The notes under the pieces were generated by a model. That model searched no databases, was not told the origin of the DNA, and worked only from the letters and a program-made list of their open reading frames with translations. This document shows positions 45,409 to 58,690 of a stretch of 64,000 nt of DNA, piece after piece. The stretch spans positions 12,332,716-12,396,715 of the forward strand of contig CP154954.1 in assembly GCA_039621445.1 (NCBI GenBank), given 5' to 3'. This stretch comes from Euglena gracilis. Its lineage: Eukaryota. How positions within the stretch are numbered: the first letter of the stretch is position 1; every line of letters begins with the position of its first letter. Position numbers and translations under genes: made by a program.

Positions 45409-48400
45409 GGAGGTTGGACCCCCCCCGCCGCGATGCCGTGGGTTCTTATCAGACGTTCTGAACCTCCATTGCACTGGCTCCGCATATGGGTTGAGCCGTA
45501 TTGAACCGATTGTCCGGAAACGGTGTTGAAGGTTTGAAAGGCAAGACAATTAATGGAAAATTGGTTTTGGTCTGAAAAATTGTGAAAAGAGGGTTTTTTC
45601 ATCTTTTGCGACTACCTTCCCTCCGCCGCCTGGGTGGGTCAGCTACTCTCTTCGCAACCACACAGAAGTTTTTGGTAGTTCTCCAGAGAGGGAAGAGTTC
45701 TCCAGAGGGTGGGGAGGGCGAACACAAACCACAACTCCTCTCCACAATCGCAGCATTGGGGAGACAAGGACAGCCTCATCACTCACAAAAGAAGGGAGAT
45801 ACCTTTAAGTCGGTGTTTCAAACCAAAGTTTTAATGCTGCGTATCAAGAGATTTTGTTCAATTTTCGTTTTTGTCGTGCACAGGTTGAGCAATCAGCAGA
45901 TTTGTATGGGTTTGAATGCCAAATTCAAGGAAGCTGAGGGTAAACTTCATCTTAAATTCTCATGATCCAGTGCAAATTCTCTCGCAACCTTCTCTTGCAA
46001 TTTCAAATTCTCTCGCAACCGTACAGCTGACCAGACGGTTGGCACCATCGTTGGGATTATGCCGTTATCCTATTTCACACGTTTCCTTGCAGGGACTATT
46101 TCTCCAACGATTCACCAGCTGGACTACACCAAAGCTGAAGTTGCCAGGCTGTGAAATTTTTGAAGAGAACCAGCAGATTTTCCTCCAGGCATGGGTGACT
46201 GAGTGGTTTGTAAATTGAAGCTTTGAATGCCCCATTTCATATGGTCGACCTTTTTCTGGCCAACGTGGGTTTGAAGTTCGGAAAGCAAGTCATTTTCCCC
46301 TCTTTGATGGGCATTTCTACATTTGCTTTTTCAAGATTTTTTTTCAACATTTCTTTGAAGCAGCACCAAAACCACTGGGGAACAAATGCTCATTTTTTGT
46401 CCAATAATTCATTTTTATTCGAAATATGTGTGGGAGATGAAGAGTTGATTTCAGAGCCTGCTCAACGAGCATCAGGCAACGTCGGTCCATCTGCAATCCT
46501 TTCGACTCTATTCACCTGGCTGCATTGGTGAATTTAGGTGAAATGGTGTGACTGCTAATTCAGGACAGGGTTGACGTTTTCTTTCGTTTTTTTTGTTTCG
46601 GAAAAAAAACAGCAAAAACAACATGTTTTTTTGAAAAAGCAAAAATTGACCCTTTTCCTTGCAAATGGCCATTTTTTTTTGAGGGAAAAGTTCTTCAGTC
46701 ATTTTTTTTGTCCTTTCGGCATCCTTGGCACCGCCCCCAATGGTAAGACTTCCCATGGGGTTTGAATTTGTTGAACACCCTCCCCAAAAAAACACCGTCT
46801 TCGTTCCTTCCAGGCATGTGAGAGAATGAAGCTGCAGAGATTAAAAAAATGAACTTTTTTTCTAAAAATTTTTTCAAAAAAATTTCCCCCAAACCCTCCA
46901 TAAGGTTTTTTTTGTTTTTTAAAAAACCATATTTTTAAAAAAAAACATTTTTTTTGTTTCAAAAAAGCTGTCAACCTTGATTCAGGAACGGTTTGCAACC
47001 ACTCTCCAAAGAAAAACATTTAGTCGAACTGAAGTCACATAAATTGGATTGTGCACGAGTTCTGTATGCACCAGACACCCAAAAGGTCTTTTTTTTTGCA
47101 CAAGTACACACCTTTTTTTGTCTTTATTGCTTTTTTTGTCACCAAATCAAATCAATTTTTTGTTTGTGCTCGAGTGTGATGTTCATAAAACTTTCATTGC
47201 GCCAGGGCCTGTTAATGCTTTATCAGCACCTTGGGGGTATACTTATTCATCTCCCACAAGCAAAAGTATCCCGATCCCCCCGCTGTAAGGCACATATTTT
47301 TTTAAACCAGATTTTCCACTTTTTTTTTCTTCAAAGCGTTGAGTTACATGGCAAGAGCAAAGAAAATGAGCAGGCACAACGACCTCCGTAGCCTTTTCTG
47401 CTTAATTTATCTCATAATTTCTTGTTTCCCATGTGCTTTCCCTCGTGCTGTCAGAATGGCTACTCTCCGTTGCCTCAATCACAGACCATTGTGATGGCGG
47501 TCAGTGCGTACTTATCGCGGGATGGTCGGCGGGGCATTCCTGTGGCTTGCCGGGCAGAGTTTCCCAAGAAGGCTCGCGGCATTATTACTGCGACCATAAG
47601 CGACCTAAAGGTGTGCCAGTTATTTGTGACAGTATTGAGATTTAGATTGAGATTAGTATTGAGGTTTCTGGAACAATGATTATCATTATCTGGCTGTGGC
47701 CTTTTTTTTTTTTGACGAGGCTCCAATGGTGTCAAGAGAAAAGAAGTGGTGCAATGGAAAAATTATCCAGAAAGCAGTTTTCACTCCCTCCCCCATTGGG
47801 TGTGTGGTTTTTTGGGTTTTTGGGTTTTTGGGGTTTTCAGATTTTGTGATTACCATGTCTCTCTTACTGTTACCACGTTACCATCCTCAAAAACACAAAA
47901 TCAACCATTTTTTGCTTCTCATGTTCCAGATTTACACCTGCACAACATTCGTTTTGGTATTGGATTGGGGTTTGGTTGAAAGGAGAGTTTCTGAAACACG
48001 TCAAATATTTGCCTGCTGGTTTTGTACCAAGTGGTGTGCATACAAGTTCCTGAACACTGTATTGTTCACTGTTCCCATTCCCCCCTATGCGATCAGCAAG
48101 GGGTGAATTGGTTTTATTTTTCCCCAATTATTATTGGGGGCATTGCAATTCACCCTTTGCTGTTCGGGGGGATGAGAATTGGGAGTTGGAAATTGGGATT
48201 GGGGAGATGAGAGAATGGGTATTGCGAGGCCCTCCAACGCTTTTGCCCCTCAGGCCGACGTTGGGGGTGTTCATCTTAAACAGAGCCCCTGGCTATGACT
48301 TCTCCCTTTGACGCAAGCAAGTTCTTTTGGGAGAAAAAGCGGTGGTGTTATCTGGCACCCTTTCCTTTTTTTTCTAGCACCACTGCCCCATGCACCATTT

Positions 48401-50816
48401 GGTCCAGGTCTGTGGATTGAATCAATCCACAGGGAACAGGCGTTGAACGGCGCGATGTAACATCGGTTAATCTTCCTGCAGTGATTTGTTTCTACTACCG
48501 CCGGGAACAAATTGAATACAAAACCACAAGAACCTCGGAGGTGTATTTTTTGCATGCACCAACAGAGGCGACAACAGGGACCAGGCTTGTGTTTAGTCGG
48601 GTGCCCATGCCCCCCCCCCCCGGTCGGGAAGCACAAGCATGACAGGAACCCCCCCCCACCAGGTGCCATGCGACGTGACGGAGTTTGAACCCATGGCCGA
48701 GCTGAAGGATGCCGCAGGGGACTTGGTGTGCAAGGTGTGGGTGACGGTGAAAGTCGCCCAGGTGCCCCCCAAGGCAAATCTGTGAGCTGGAAACCACCGC
48801 CTTCTTACCCTCTGACCTTTTTTCCAACTCCATTCTGGAAAGCCTCGGGGTTGGGAACCACTCGCACGGCCAGTTGAACTCTTGTGACACAGTTTGCCAG
48901 TGGACTTTTGTCATCACTGCCTCCCTGGATTTGGGGCAAATTGCACCCCTGACACAATGAGTTCCTGGAATGCGTAACCCCCCCCCCAAAATAGTATTGC
49001 ACTCCTTACTTGCTTTGCTCAGAACGGTACTTTTTGTTGCGTTCGCACTGCTGTGCTCTCAAAAATTTCACTTTGTTTGCGAGTTGTGAAGATGCCATGT
49101 GTACATGACCAAAGATCATGCAAAGGGTATGCATGTATATTTATTTTTAAAAAATCAAGTGCCGTTTCTGCATGAGTTCGCAGATCTTGACCTTTTATCT
49201 ACCATTCATTCTTATTGACCAGCTTGTGCTGCACGGATCGGAATCACTCGTCCACGCTCAGAAATGTGTCTTACATAGTGTTATACTGTTAGATTCAGAT
49301 GGGCAGCTTGCACCCGGCATACCAGTCTGTTGGCGGTGGGTAGGCCTGTGGTATTGCAACGTCATGGCCACCCCAAATGGGCTGACAAAAATACCAAGAA
49401 GAATGCAATGGGTGGTGAGAGTCCCCGCCTAATTGTTGTTTATGTTGGTTTCGCGTTTTAATTTCCTTATTTAGTCATCCACAGGTTTCTTAAATGCGAT
49501 GTCAGCAGCAGTCAGCGGAAGTCAAGTCATATCAATGTCGGCGTGAGGGGAGTTTGCAAAATGGGACCACTTCTGCTTTTCCGAAAGATGCATGTTGTTC
49601 CAGAGGGTGCCAAGTCAATTGGACGGATCTTCTCTCATCTGGTGCATTTGCTCAACAAATTCACACTCTTGCTTGTGACTGCTTCAGAGATGGGATCACT
49701 CAAACCAGAGAAAGGGTCATATTTTCCCAGATATTGATTTTTTTATCCCTATGACAGTAATTTAGGACTAAACTTTATCCCCTTTCAAATCCAGTCCCAA
49801 GGCTGATGCCAAATCCTAAGGCCCTCGAGAAAGGAATGTGAGAGAGGGGGGGGGATCCCGAGCCATGCAACTTCTTCACCCTGGTTTTCACCGTCCTGCA
49901 GGGGCAGGCGCAACAGACTGGTTTGTTTGCCTGTGATCTGTTTCCCCCGGATCTGTGTCATTTCAGTGGCATTTTGATTGGGTTTCAGGGAGAGGCTCTT
50001 GTTAGCCTCTGGTTGGCTTCGTCTTGCTATTGAGAAATCGGCCTTCAAACACAAACAACGTGACCAGATTGGTGCCTTCGGCGAGTAGCAGGTACACATA
50101 CAAAGAGATGGGTTGGAAAAATCTTATTTCCAAAGAGGGCAGAAAAGTCTCCCAGAACAACCGAAAAATTCTGAAAGCAAGAAATACCAAACAAGGATCC
50201 TGATTTTTTTTTCAACTCAGAAGACCGGGGGGGGTCTGGCGTCGGATCCCTCTACACCTATCCATCTATCCATGTCTGGGCCAGAGTCCCAGGTATGGAT
50301 TTAGGAGGGAAGCAGAGGAAATTTTTTGGGAAATGCCCTTGCACGGCCTTAAAAGCCACAATTCTCCCTCCCCCCAGGGGTCTTAAAAAGAAGCCTGTCC
50401 TCAATCGAACCAAATTGCATATGCTGTTTGAAGAGTGCATCTCTGCCATTCTCTCCAGAAGGATGGCTTCTGTCTGACTGTGCCCTGCCATGGTGTTCCG
50501 TCTGGCACATGGCCCGTCCTCGCCATCGTGGGATGCCCTCTATGCCTCCCACCAGGGGCTGAGGCTTCTTTGTATGAACAATCCCCTCCTTCGGTCAATT
50601 GCCCCAGGCTGTGGGGGCAATCGAATGCATGCTCTTTGGTGACGTTTCTTGTGTATTGCCTACTGTTGTGCAAACTATATGCATTGCACAGAGTTATGAA
50701 TGTGATGAGTCTCTGCACTCTGGAAAAAAGCTCTGGAGGCTTTCTTCCCGCCACACCCCAGTAAGCTTTTTTTGCGTACCTGAACACACACTGAGAGCAT
50801 GGTGCCATGCACTTTT

Positions 50817-50910
50817 CATCCATCCATCCATCCATCCATCCATCCATCCATCCATCCATCCATCCATCCATCCATCCATCGATCCATCCATCCATCCATC
50901 CATCCATCCA
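50817..50910 (+). repeat. (ATCC)n microsatellite
   Basis: Direct observation. Confidence 0.97.
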
Positions 50911-51884
50911 TACACTCATCCATCTCTCTATGCGTATGTTGTAAAATATGCTCTCTCTCATTCCGCTCAAAGCGGAAAATAAAAATTGAAAATAAAAGTA
51001 AAAAAAGATAAAATTAAAATGTAAAATATGCTCTCTCTCTCTCTCTGTCTCTCAATAACGACCTCCCAACCCATTCTGTCTCCTGAGCTGGAACACATTA
51101 TTGAAATTGAGGTCTGCTCCCTCAACCCGTCCGTCAACTCACCCTCTTCGGTGATTTTGGCCGCAAGGCTGGCCACGAGGTGGAAGTTGTCAAGACTTTT
51201 GCTGATTTCGCAGCCGTTCACCGCTTGCGAACCTCCTTGACCAGAGACCCACGTCGTTTCTTTTTTGCTTGGTTTCCCCCTTCTATTGAAAGAGGTTTTT
51301 TCAAAACACACAAATGCTTGTTCTGATTTTGGTTCTCCAAAGAAGGCTCTCCAAAGGTTCTGCAATTGGGGCATTCCCCCGTTTCCAGTCATTATTTTTG
51401 TTTTCCTTTTTTGACCTGCTTGATGAACTCTTTACCATTTTTTTTTAATTAGGATTGGAACCAGGCCTTTGCTTAAGGGTGGTGGGGGGCTGCACTGCAA
51501 CTAGTCCTAATTTGGCTTGTGGAAAGCGAGGTTTTTTTGAATCATATTTGATGTTAACCCCCCATACACCCCATACCTGCTGTATCGTTATATGAAATCT
51601 TAACCAGGTTTTGAATAGTGCTGAGCTCTTAATGGGACATGCATGTGATGGAAGGCCGAAAGGACTAGCATTGGAAATTTCACGTAATACATAGTTTGCA
51701 AATTATACTCTTGCAATTTTACGGTGATTTCCAGTGCTTTTACGGTGTCATGAAATGTTAACCAGGTTTTGAATAGTGCTGAGCTCTTAATAAGCGCGCA
51801 CGCACCCCTTCATTGACCCCTCCATACATACCGGCCCACTCCGTGGAGCTCTTTTGCCTGAAATCCATAGGTTTTGTGCCAGAA

Positions 51885-52815
51885 ACAGGGCGCTGGCAGG
51901 TCGAAAAACGCTCGTTTTCGGCTCGAAAACAGTTTTTCCGGGTCCGGGAGGCCCAAAAACATTGTTTTGGTCAAAAAAATTTTTTTCGATTTTTTTCGAC
52001 TTTTTCGACCCGGTTTTGACCCAAAGTCAATGGGTCGGCGGCCCAAAACGGGGCGCTGGCGGGTCGAAAAACGCTCGTTTTCGGCTCAAAAACAGTTTTT
52101 CCGGGTCCGGGAGGCCAAAAAACATCGTTTTGGGCAAAAATTTTTTTTCGATTTTTTTCGACTTTTTTGACCCGGTTTTGACCCAAAGTCAATGGGTCGG
52201 CGGCCCAAAACGGGGCGCTGGCGGGTCGAAAAACGCTCGTTTTCGGCTCAAAAACAGTTTTTCTGGGTCCGGGAGGCCAAAAAACATCGTTTCGGGCAAA
52301 AATTTTTTTTCGATTTTTTTCGACTTTTTTGACCCGGTTTTGACCCAAAGTCAATGGGTCGGCGGTCCAAAACGGGGCGCTGGCGGGTCGAAAAACGCTC
52401 GTTTTCGGCTCAAAAACAGTTTTTCTGGGTCCGGGAGGCCAAAAAACATCGTTTCGGGCAAAAAAAATTTTCGGTTTTTTTCGACTTTTTCGACCCGGTT
52501 TTGACCCAAAGTCAATGGGTCGGCGGCCCAAAATGGGGCGCTGGCGGGTCGAAAAACGCTCGTTTTCGGCTCAAAAACAGTTTTTCCGGGTCCGGGAGGC
52601 CAAAAAACATCGTTTCGAGCAAAAAATTTTTTTTCGATTTTTTTCGACTTTTTCGACCCGGTTTTGACCCAAAATCAATGGGTCGGCGGTCCAAAACGGG
52701 GCGCCGGCGGGTCGAAAGACGCTCGTTTTCGGCTCAAAAACAGTTTTTCTGGGTCCGGGAGGCCAAAAAACATCGTTTCGGGCAAAAAATTTTTTTTTCG
52801 ATTTTTTCGACTTTT
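51885..52815 (+). repeat. ~162-bp tandem repeat, 5-6 copies
   Basis: GACCCAAA.TCAATGGGTCGGCGG recurs at about 52018, 52180, 52342, 52503 and 52666. Confidence 0.95.
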
Positions 52816-54998
52816 TTGGCCGAAAACGGCCTAGTCGAACAGAGGGAAAAGTGTACAAAATGGTCTGAAATGGCCCAAATTGGCCAAAAAACGCCCGTAT
52901 CTCGGGCTGGGCGGGGAGTTACGGGGAAACCAAAATCCCAATAGATAGAGCGTTCCAAGGGCTTCAATTTAGGTCTCCGGACATTTCCTTTGATTTTGCA
53001 TCATTTTCGAGAAATTTGGAAAACATCGATTTTTTGACCCCCCACCCCCCGAAAACGGCTAAGTCGAACAGAGGGAAAAGTGTACAAAACGGCCATCTGC
53101 GCCGAAAACGGCCGTATCTCGGGCTAGGCGGCGAGTTGCGGGGAAATCAAAATACCGGTGGATGGGGCGTTCCAAGGGCTTCAACTTAGGTCTCCGGACA
53201 TTTCCTTTGATTTGGCTTCATTTTGGACATATTTTGAAAATTGACATTTTTTTTGGTCGAAATGGCAGAGTCCAAGGGGGGGGGGGCTTATCCAGGGGGG
53301 GGGCGGGCCGATCCTACCCAGTTTGGACCCCTTCGCGCGTGAATAACTCGGGCCTGGCGGGGAGTTGGGGGTCAAACCCAGGTGATTCGGAAACTAGAAA
53401 TCCAGTCGCTCGCGACTGAAAAAAAAAATTCCGGGAACCGGGCCGGGATCATGGTGATAATCCGTCGGTTCTCCTGGTGGCCCCGACCCGGGGGGGGGGT
53501 CGGGGGGGGGGTCGGGGGGGGTTTCGCCGGTGGTAAGCTTCGCTCTTACCCATAAAGGGATAAGAGCTCAGCGACCCCCCATACACCCCATACCCGTTAC
53601 ATGAAATGTTAACCCCCCATACACCCCATATCTGTTTTAATGAATTTTGTTCGACCTTTTCGACCCGTTTTTGACCCCAAGTCGATGGTTTCGGGCCCAA
53701 AACAGGGCCTGGGGGGTCGAAAAATCGCTCATTTTCGGCTCAAAAACAGCTTTTCCGGGTCCGGGAGGCCAAAAAAACATCGTTTCGGGCAATTTTTTTC
53801 TCGATTTTTTTCGACTTTTTTGACCCGGTTTTGACCCCAAGTCGGTTTTTTTGGGGGTCCGGGAGGCCTAAAATTTTTTATTTATTATGCTTCTGGGCAA
53901 AAAATTTTTTTTCGATTTTTTCTAGATTTTTTCGACTTTTTTTGGCCCAAAAGGACAGTGGAAAAAGTGTACAAAATAGCCTAAAATGGCCGAAAAACGG
54001 CCGTGTCTCGGGCTAGGCGGTGAGCTGTGTGGAAACCAGAATACCGGTAGATAGGGCGTTCCAAGGGCTTCAATTTAGGTCATTTCCTTTGATTTTGCAT
54101 CATTTTCGAGATATTTTGAAAATATTGATTTTTGGGCCCGAAATGGCAGAGTCAAAGGGGGGGGGGCTTATCAAGGGGGGTGGTGGGCCGATCCTACCCA
54201 GTTTGGACCCCTTCACGCGTGAATAAATAATAATAAATAATAATAAATAATAACTCGGGACTGGCGGGGAGTTGGGGGTCAAACCCAGGTGATTTGGAAA
54301 CTAGAAATCCAGTCACTCGCGACTGAAAAAAAATTCCGGGAACCGGGCCGGGATCATGGTGATAATCCGCGGTTTTTACAACCTACCCAGAGGGGGACGG
54401 GGGGGTTGGACCCCCTCTTTTCCCTGGTGGTAACCTTCGCTCTTACTCAAAAGAGATAAGAGCTCAGCGACCCCCCTACTTATACCCCCCCCCCCCCCTC
54501 AGGCCGACCAACCAAACCGGGACTTATAACCCCCCCCCCCCCGGGAAGAAAAACGAAAGCCGCCGGGACGATTCTTTTGGCCAACAAACCACCAAAAAAT
54601 TTTTTTGGATTTTTTTTTTGAGACCAAACATCATCAAAAGTGCCATTTTTGCCCAAAGTTGACGAAAATTGTCAATTTGGGGGGTTTTGGGGTCATTTTG
54701 GGGGTTCAGGTTTTCACCAACAATTCCGGGACCTATAACCTCCCCCCCCCCCACCTATAACCCCCCCCCCTTCGGCCGACCAGCCAAACCGGATCCATAA
54801 AACCCCGGGGGGTTTACAAGTGGGAGGGGGGTTTACATGTCCTTCTCGGGGGTCCCCTAGCAGGACTAGCTAGTGGAAAATTTTTGACCCCCAAAACTGG
54901 CCAAAAATGCCCATTTTGGCCATTCTTTGCGACTTTTCTCAACCCACTTACCCAGGACATGAAAACCTTCATTTCCAACTCAGTACACAGCGCCGGAG

Positions 54999-55002
<4 letters not shown>

Positions 55003-55031
<29 letters not shown>

Positions 55032-58000
55032 TGTATGTATGTATGTATGTATGTATGTATGTATGTATGTATGTATGTATGTATGTATGTATGTATGTAT
55101 GTATGTATGTATGTATGTATGTATGTATGTGTATGTATGTATGTATGTATGTATGTATGTATGTATGTATGTATTTGAGATATTTTGAAAAATCGATTTT
55201 TGACCCCAAAATGGCCCCCGCGGCGAAATTTTTCTAAGTTGGAAGGGACCCCGGGGTACCACCAGTTCACCATACCTAGGTGTGTCTCGTCGAGTCCTGG
55301 GACCTATTCCATCATTTGTCCTCCTATCCTAATATACTACACTTTTGTTGTTTTCGGGGCCTGACAACGCACACAAAAAAAGTTATTCAAAAAGCAAAAA
55401 ATTTTCGTTGTTGTTGTTGTTGTTGTTGTTCATGTATGTACTTATGTATGTATGTATGTATGTATGTATGTATGTATGTATGTATGTATGTATGTATGTA
55501 TGTATGTATGTATGTATGTATGTATGTATGTATGTATGTATGTATGTATGTATGTATGTATGTATGTATGTATGTATGTATGTATGTATGTATGTATGTA
55601 TGTATGTATGTATGTATGTATGTATGTATGTATGTATGTATGCATGTATGTATGTATGTATGTATGTATGTATGTATGTATGTATGCATGCATGCATGTA
55701 TGTACAAGTCGGCGCTAGCTTTGCTACGCGCGTGAGCTTCGCCCACCCCCCCCCCCCCCCCTCCCCCAAAAGCGTGGTGAGCCACATCCTCACAATGCGG
55801 TCACAGTTTTCCCATCAATCTCCTTTGAAGGCAGAAACCAAAAGCCTTTCAAATTATGGATTTGCTCATGGTCATTGCGATCATTTTGGCCCAGCAGCGC
55901 AATAAATCTCGGCCAGTAAGCACCCTCTTGAATCGGGTTGATGGGCAGTTTTCCCATTGAGTGAAACTCACTCTCCACTCCCCCCCCCCTCAGCATGTTT
56001 CAAGCATCCCACCGAAAATGTTACCAAATTTGGACAATATCCTTAAAAAATTCCCAACTAAAATACAAACCATGATGCACCCCATCCCTCTTAGGTGGGA
56101 ATATTGGCACGACCGCACATGCCTTGCCTTGATTCCCATCCTATCCCCGAACACAAAGCAATGTGATGAAATGCAATGCAGTGATCATGGGTTAGCATCG
56201 TTGAACCAGACCGGACAACCGGACCCCCGGGTCTCCACCAGTGGTTGGGGGGTCCCAGGGGCTTCAATGTTGCCTCGGGGGTGTTTCCTTCAATTCCCCA
56301 CGGGTTTCGAGATATTTTGGAAAAATCGATTTTTTGACCACAAAATGGCCAAAAATGCTTAAGTCCCCCCCTGGGGCCCCCCTTTTGGACCTTCGACGGC
56401 CCGTATCTGGGCCAAGCCGGACAGCCGGACCCCCGGGTCTCCACCGGTGGTTGGGGGGTCCCAGGGGCTTCAATTTTGCCTGGGGGGTGTTTCCTTCAAT
56501 TCCCCACGGGCTTCGAGATATCTGTCTATCTATATCTATCTTTGGAAAAATCGATTTTTTGACCCCCGCGGCCTGGGACCTATTCCATCATTTGTCCTCG
56601 TATCCTAATATAATACATTTTTGTTGTTTTCGGGGCCCGACAACGCACACAAAAAAAGTTATTCAAAAAGCAAAAAGTTTTCGTTGTTGTTGTTGTTGTT
56701 GTTCATGTATGTATTTATGTAAGTGATGTATGCCCCTTTTTTGAACCTTCGACGGCCCGTATCTGGACCAAGCCGGACAGCCGAACCCCCGGGTCTCCAC
56801 CAGTGGTTGGGGGGTTCCAGGGGCTTCAATGTTGCCTCGGGGATGTTTCCTTCAATTCCCCACGGGTTTCGAGATATTTTGGAAAAATCGATTTTTTGAC
56901 CCCAAAATGGCCCCCGCGGCGAAAATTTTTCTAAGTTGGAAGGGACCCCGGGGGTACCACCAGTTCACCATACCTAGGTGTCTCGTCGAGTCCTGGGACC
57001 TACACCATCATTTGTCCTCCTATCCTAATATACTACACTTTTGTTGTTTTCGGGGCCTGACAACGCACACAAAAAAAGTTATTCAAAAAGCAAAAAATTT
57101 TCGTTGTTGTTGTTGTTGTTGTTGTTCATGTATGTACTTATGTAAGTGATGTATGTATGTATGTATGTATGTATGTATGTATGTATGTATGTATGTATGT
57201 ATGTATGTATGTATGTATGTATGTATGTATGTATGTATGTATGTATGTATGTATGTATGTATGTATGTATGTATGTATGCATGCATGCATGCATGCATGC
57301 ATGCATGCATGCATGCATGCATGCATGCATGCATGCATGCATGCATGCATGCATGCATGCATGCATGCATGCATGCATGTATGTATGCATGCATGTATGT
57401 ATGCATGCATGCATGTATGTATGTATGTATGTATGTATGTATGTATGTATGTATGTATGTATGTATGTATGTATGTATGTATGTATGTATGTATGTATGT
57501 ATGTATGTATGTATGTATGTATGTATGTATGTATGTATGTATGTATGTATGTATGTATGTATGTATGTATGTATGTATGTATGTATGTATGTATGTATGT
57601 ATGTATGTATGTATGGATGTATGGTTGTATGTATGTATGTATGTATGTATGTATGTATGTATGTGTATGTATGTATGTATGTATGTATGTATGTATGTAT
57701 GTATGGATGTAGGTATGTATGTATGTATGCATGCATGCATGCATGCTGCATGCTGCATGCATGCATGCATGATGCATGCATGTATGTATGTATGTATGGA
57801 TGTATGTATGTCAGTATGTATGTATGTATGTATGTATGTATGTATGTATGGATCTGTCTATGTATGTATGTATGTATGTATGTATGTATGTATGTATGTA
57901 TGTATGTATGTATGTATGTATGTATGTATGTATGTATGTATGTATGTATGTATGTATGTATGTATGTATGTATGTATGTATGTATGTATGTATGTATGTA

Positions 58001-58095
58001 TGTATGTATGTATGTATGTATGTATGTATGTATGTATGTGTGTATGTATGTATGTATGTGTGTATGTATGTATGTATGTATGTATGTATGTATGT
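55003..58095 (+). repeat. (ATGT)n/(ATGC)n microsatellite blocks interleaved with a triplicated 250-550 bp unit
   Basis: Arrays at 55003-55173, 55430-55700 and 57148-58095; unit AAAAATCGATTTTT...GTTGTTGTTCATGTATGTA occurs three times. Confidence 0.95.
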
Positions 58096-58107
58096 CTGTG
58101 TATGCAA

Positions 58108-58606
58108 GCAAGACTAACTCACTGCCCACCCCCCCGGGGGGGGAGGTCCCAGTAGTTGTACCTACCGGGGACTTCGGCCGCCCAGGTAAAACTACTGGGA
58201 CCCCCCTTGCTTTTCCCTGGGGAAATTGACCTACCGCCAGAAACTTTTTTCGCCGGCGGGGTGATTCCGGGGTTATTTTCAGGAATAGGGTTAGGGTTCG
58301 GATTGGGGTTAGGGTTGGCGTTAGGGGGATATTAGGCCGCTGGGCCAGATTTCGGCCGAATTTAGGCCAAATTTCTGGTCCAATTTTGTGTGTGAATTTC
58401 GACCCTATTTCGGCCTGACTTTTTTTCTTAAATCGTAACCCTAACCCTATTCCAGATTAAAACCCGAACCCTACCCCCGAAATTAAGGAAAATATGTGCG
58501 AAGCGTGGCACAAAAACCAACATTTGGAGTTGGTGAAAAAAGTGGGACCCCCGCCCCCATGTTAAACTACTGGGCCCTGTGGGGGGGAGCAGTGAGTTAG
58601 TCTTGC
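58108..58606. mobile_element. Foldback MITE in microsatellite DNA, carrying TTAGGG-like motifs
   Basis: 18-bp TIR GCAAGACTAACTCACTGC / GCAGTGAGTTAGTCTTGC; internal AGGGTTAGGGTT and AACCCTAACCCT. Confidence 0.75.
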
Positions 58607-58609
58607 CAT

Positions 58610-58690
58610 ATGTATATATACATATATATATACACATATATATATATATATATATACATATATATGTATATATGTATATATATATATATA
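58610..58690 (+). repeat. (TA)n microsatellite
   Basis: Direct observation. Confidence 0.95.

Noticed and set aside
50590-50760. LINE C-terminal zinc-knuckle remnant (PGCG...HALW)
   Set aside because: Too short and too broken to support.
37560-54480. One giant element bounded by the inverted repeat-family copies
   Set aside because: No matching termini or TSD and no intact internal genes; independent insertions in opposite orientations are the simpler explanation.
54814-58229. Long MYVC/HTYI ORFs
   Set aside because: These are translations of (ATGT)n/(ATGC)n microsatellites.
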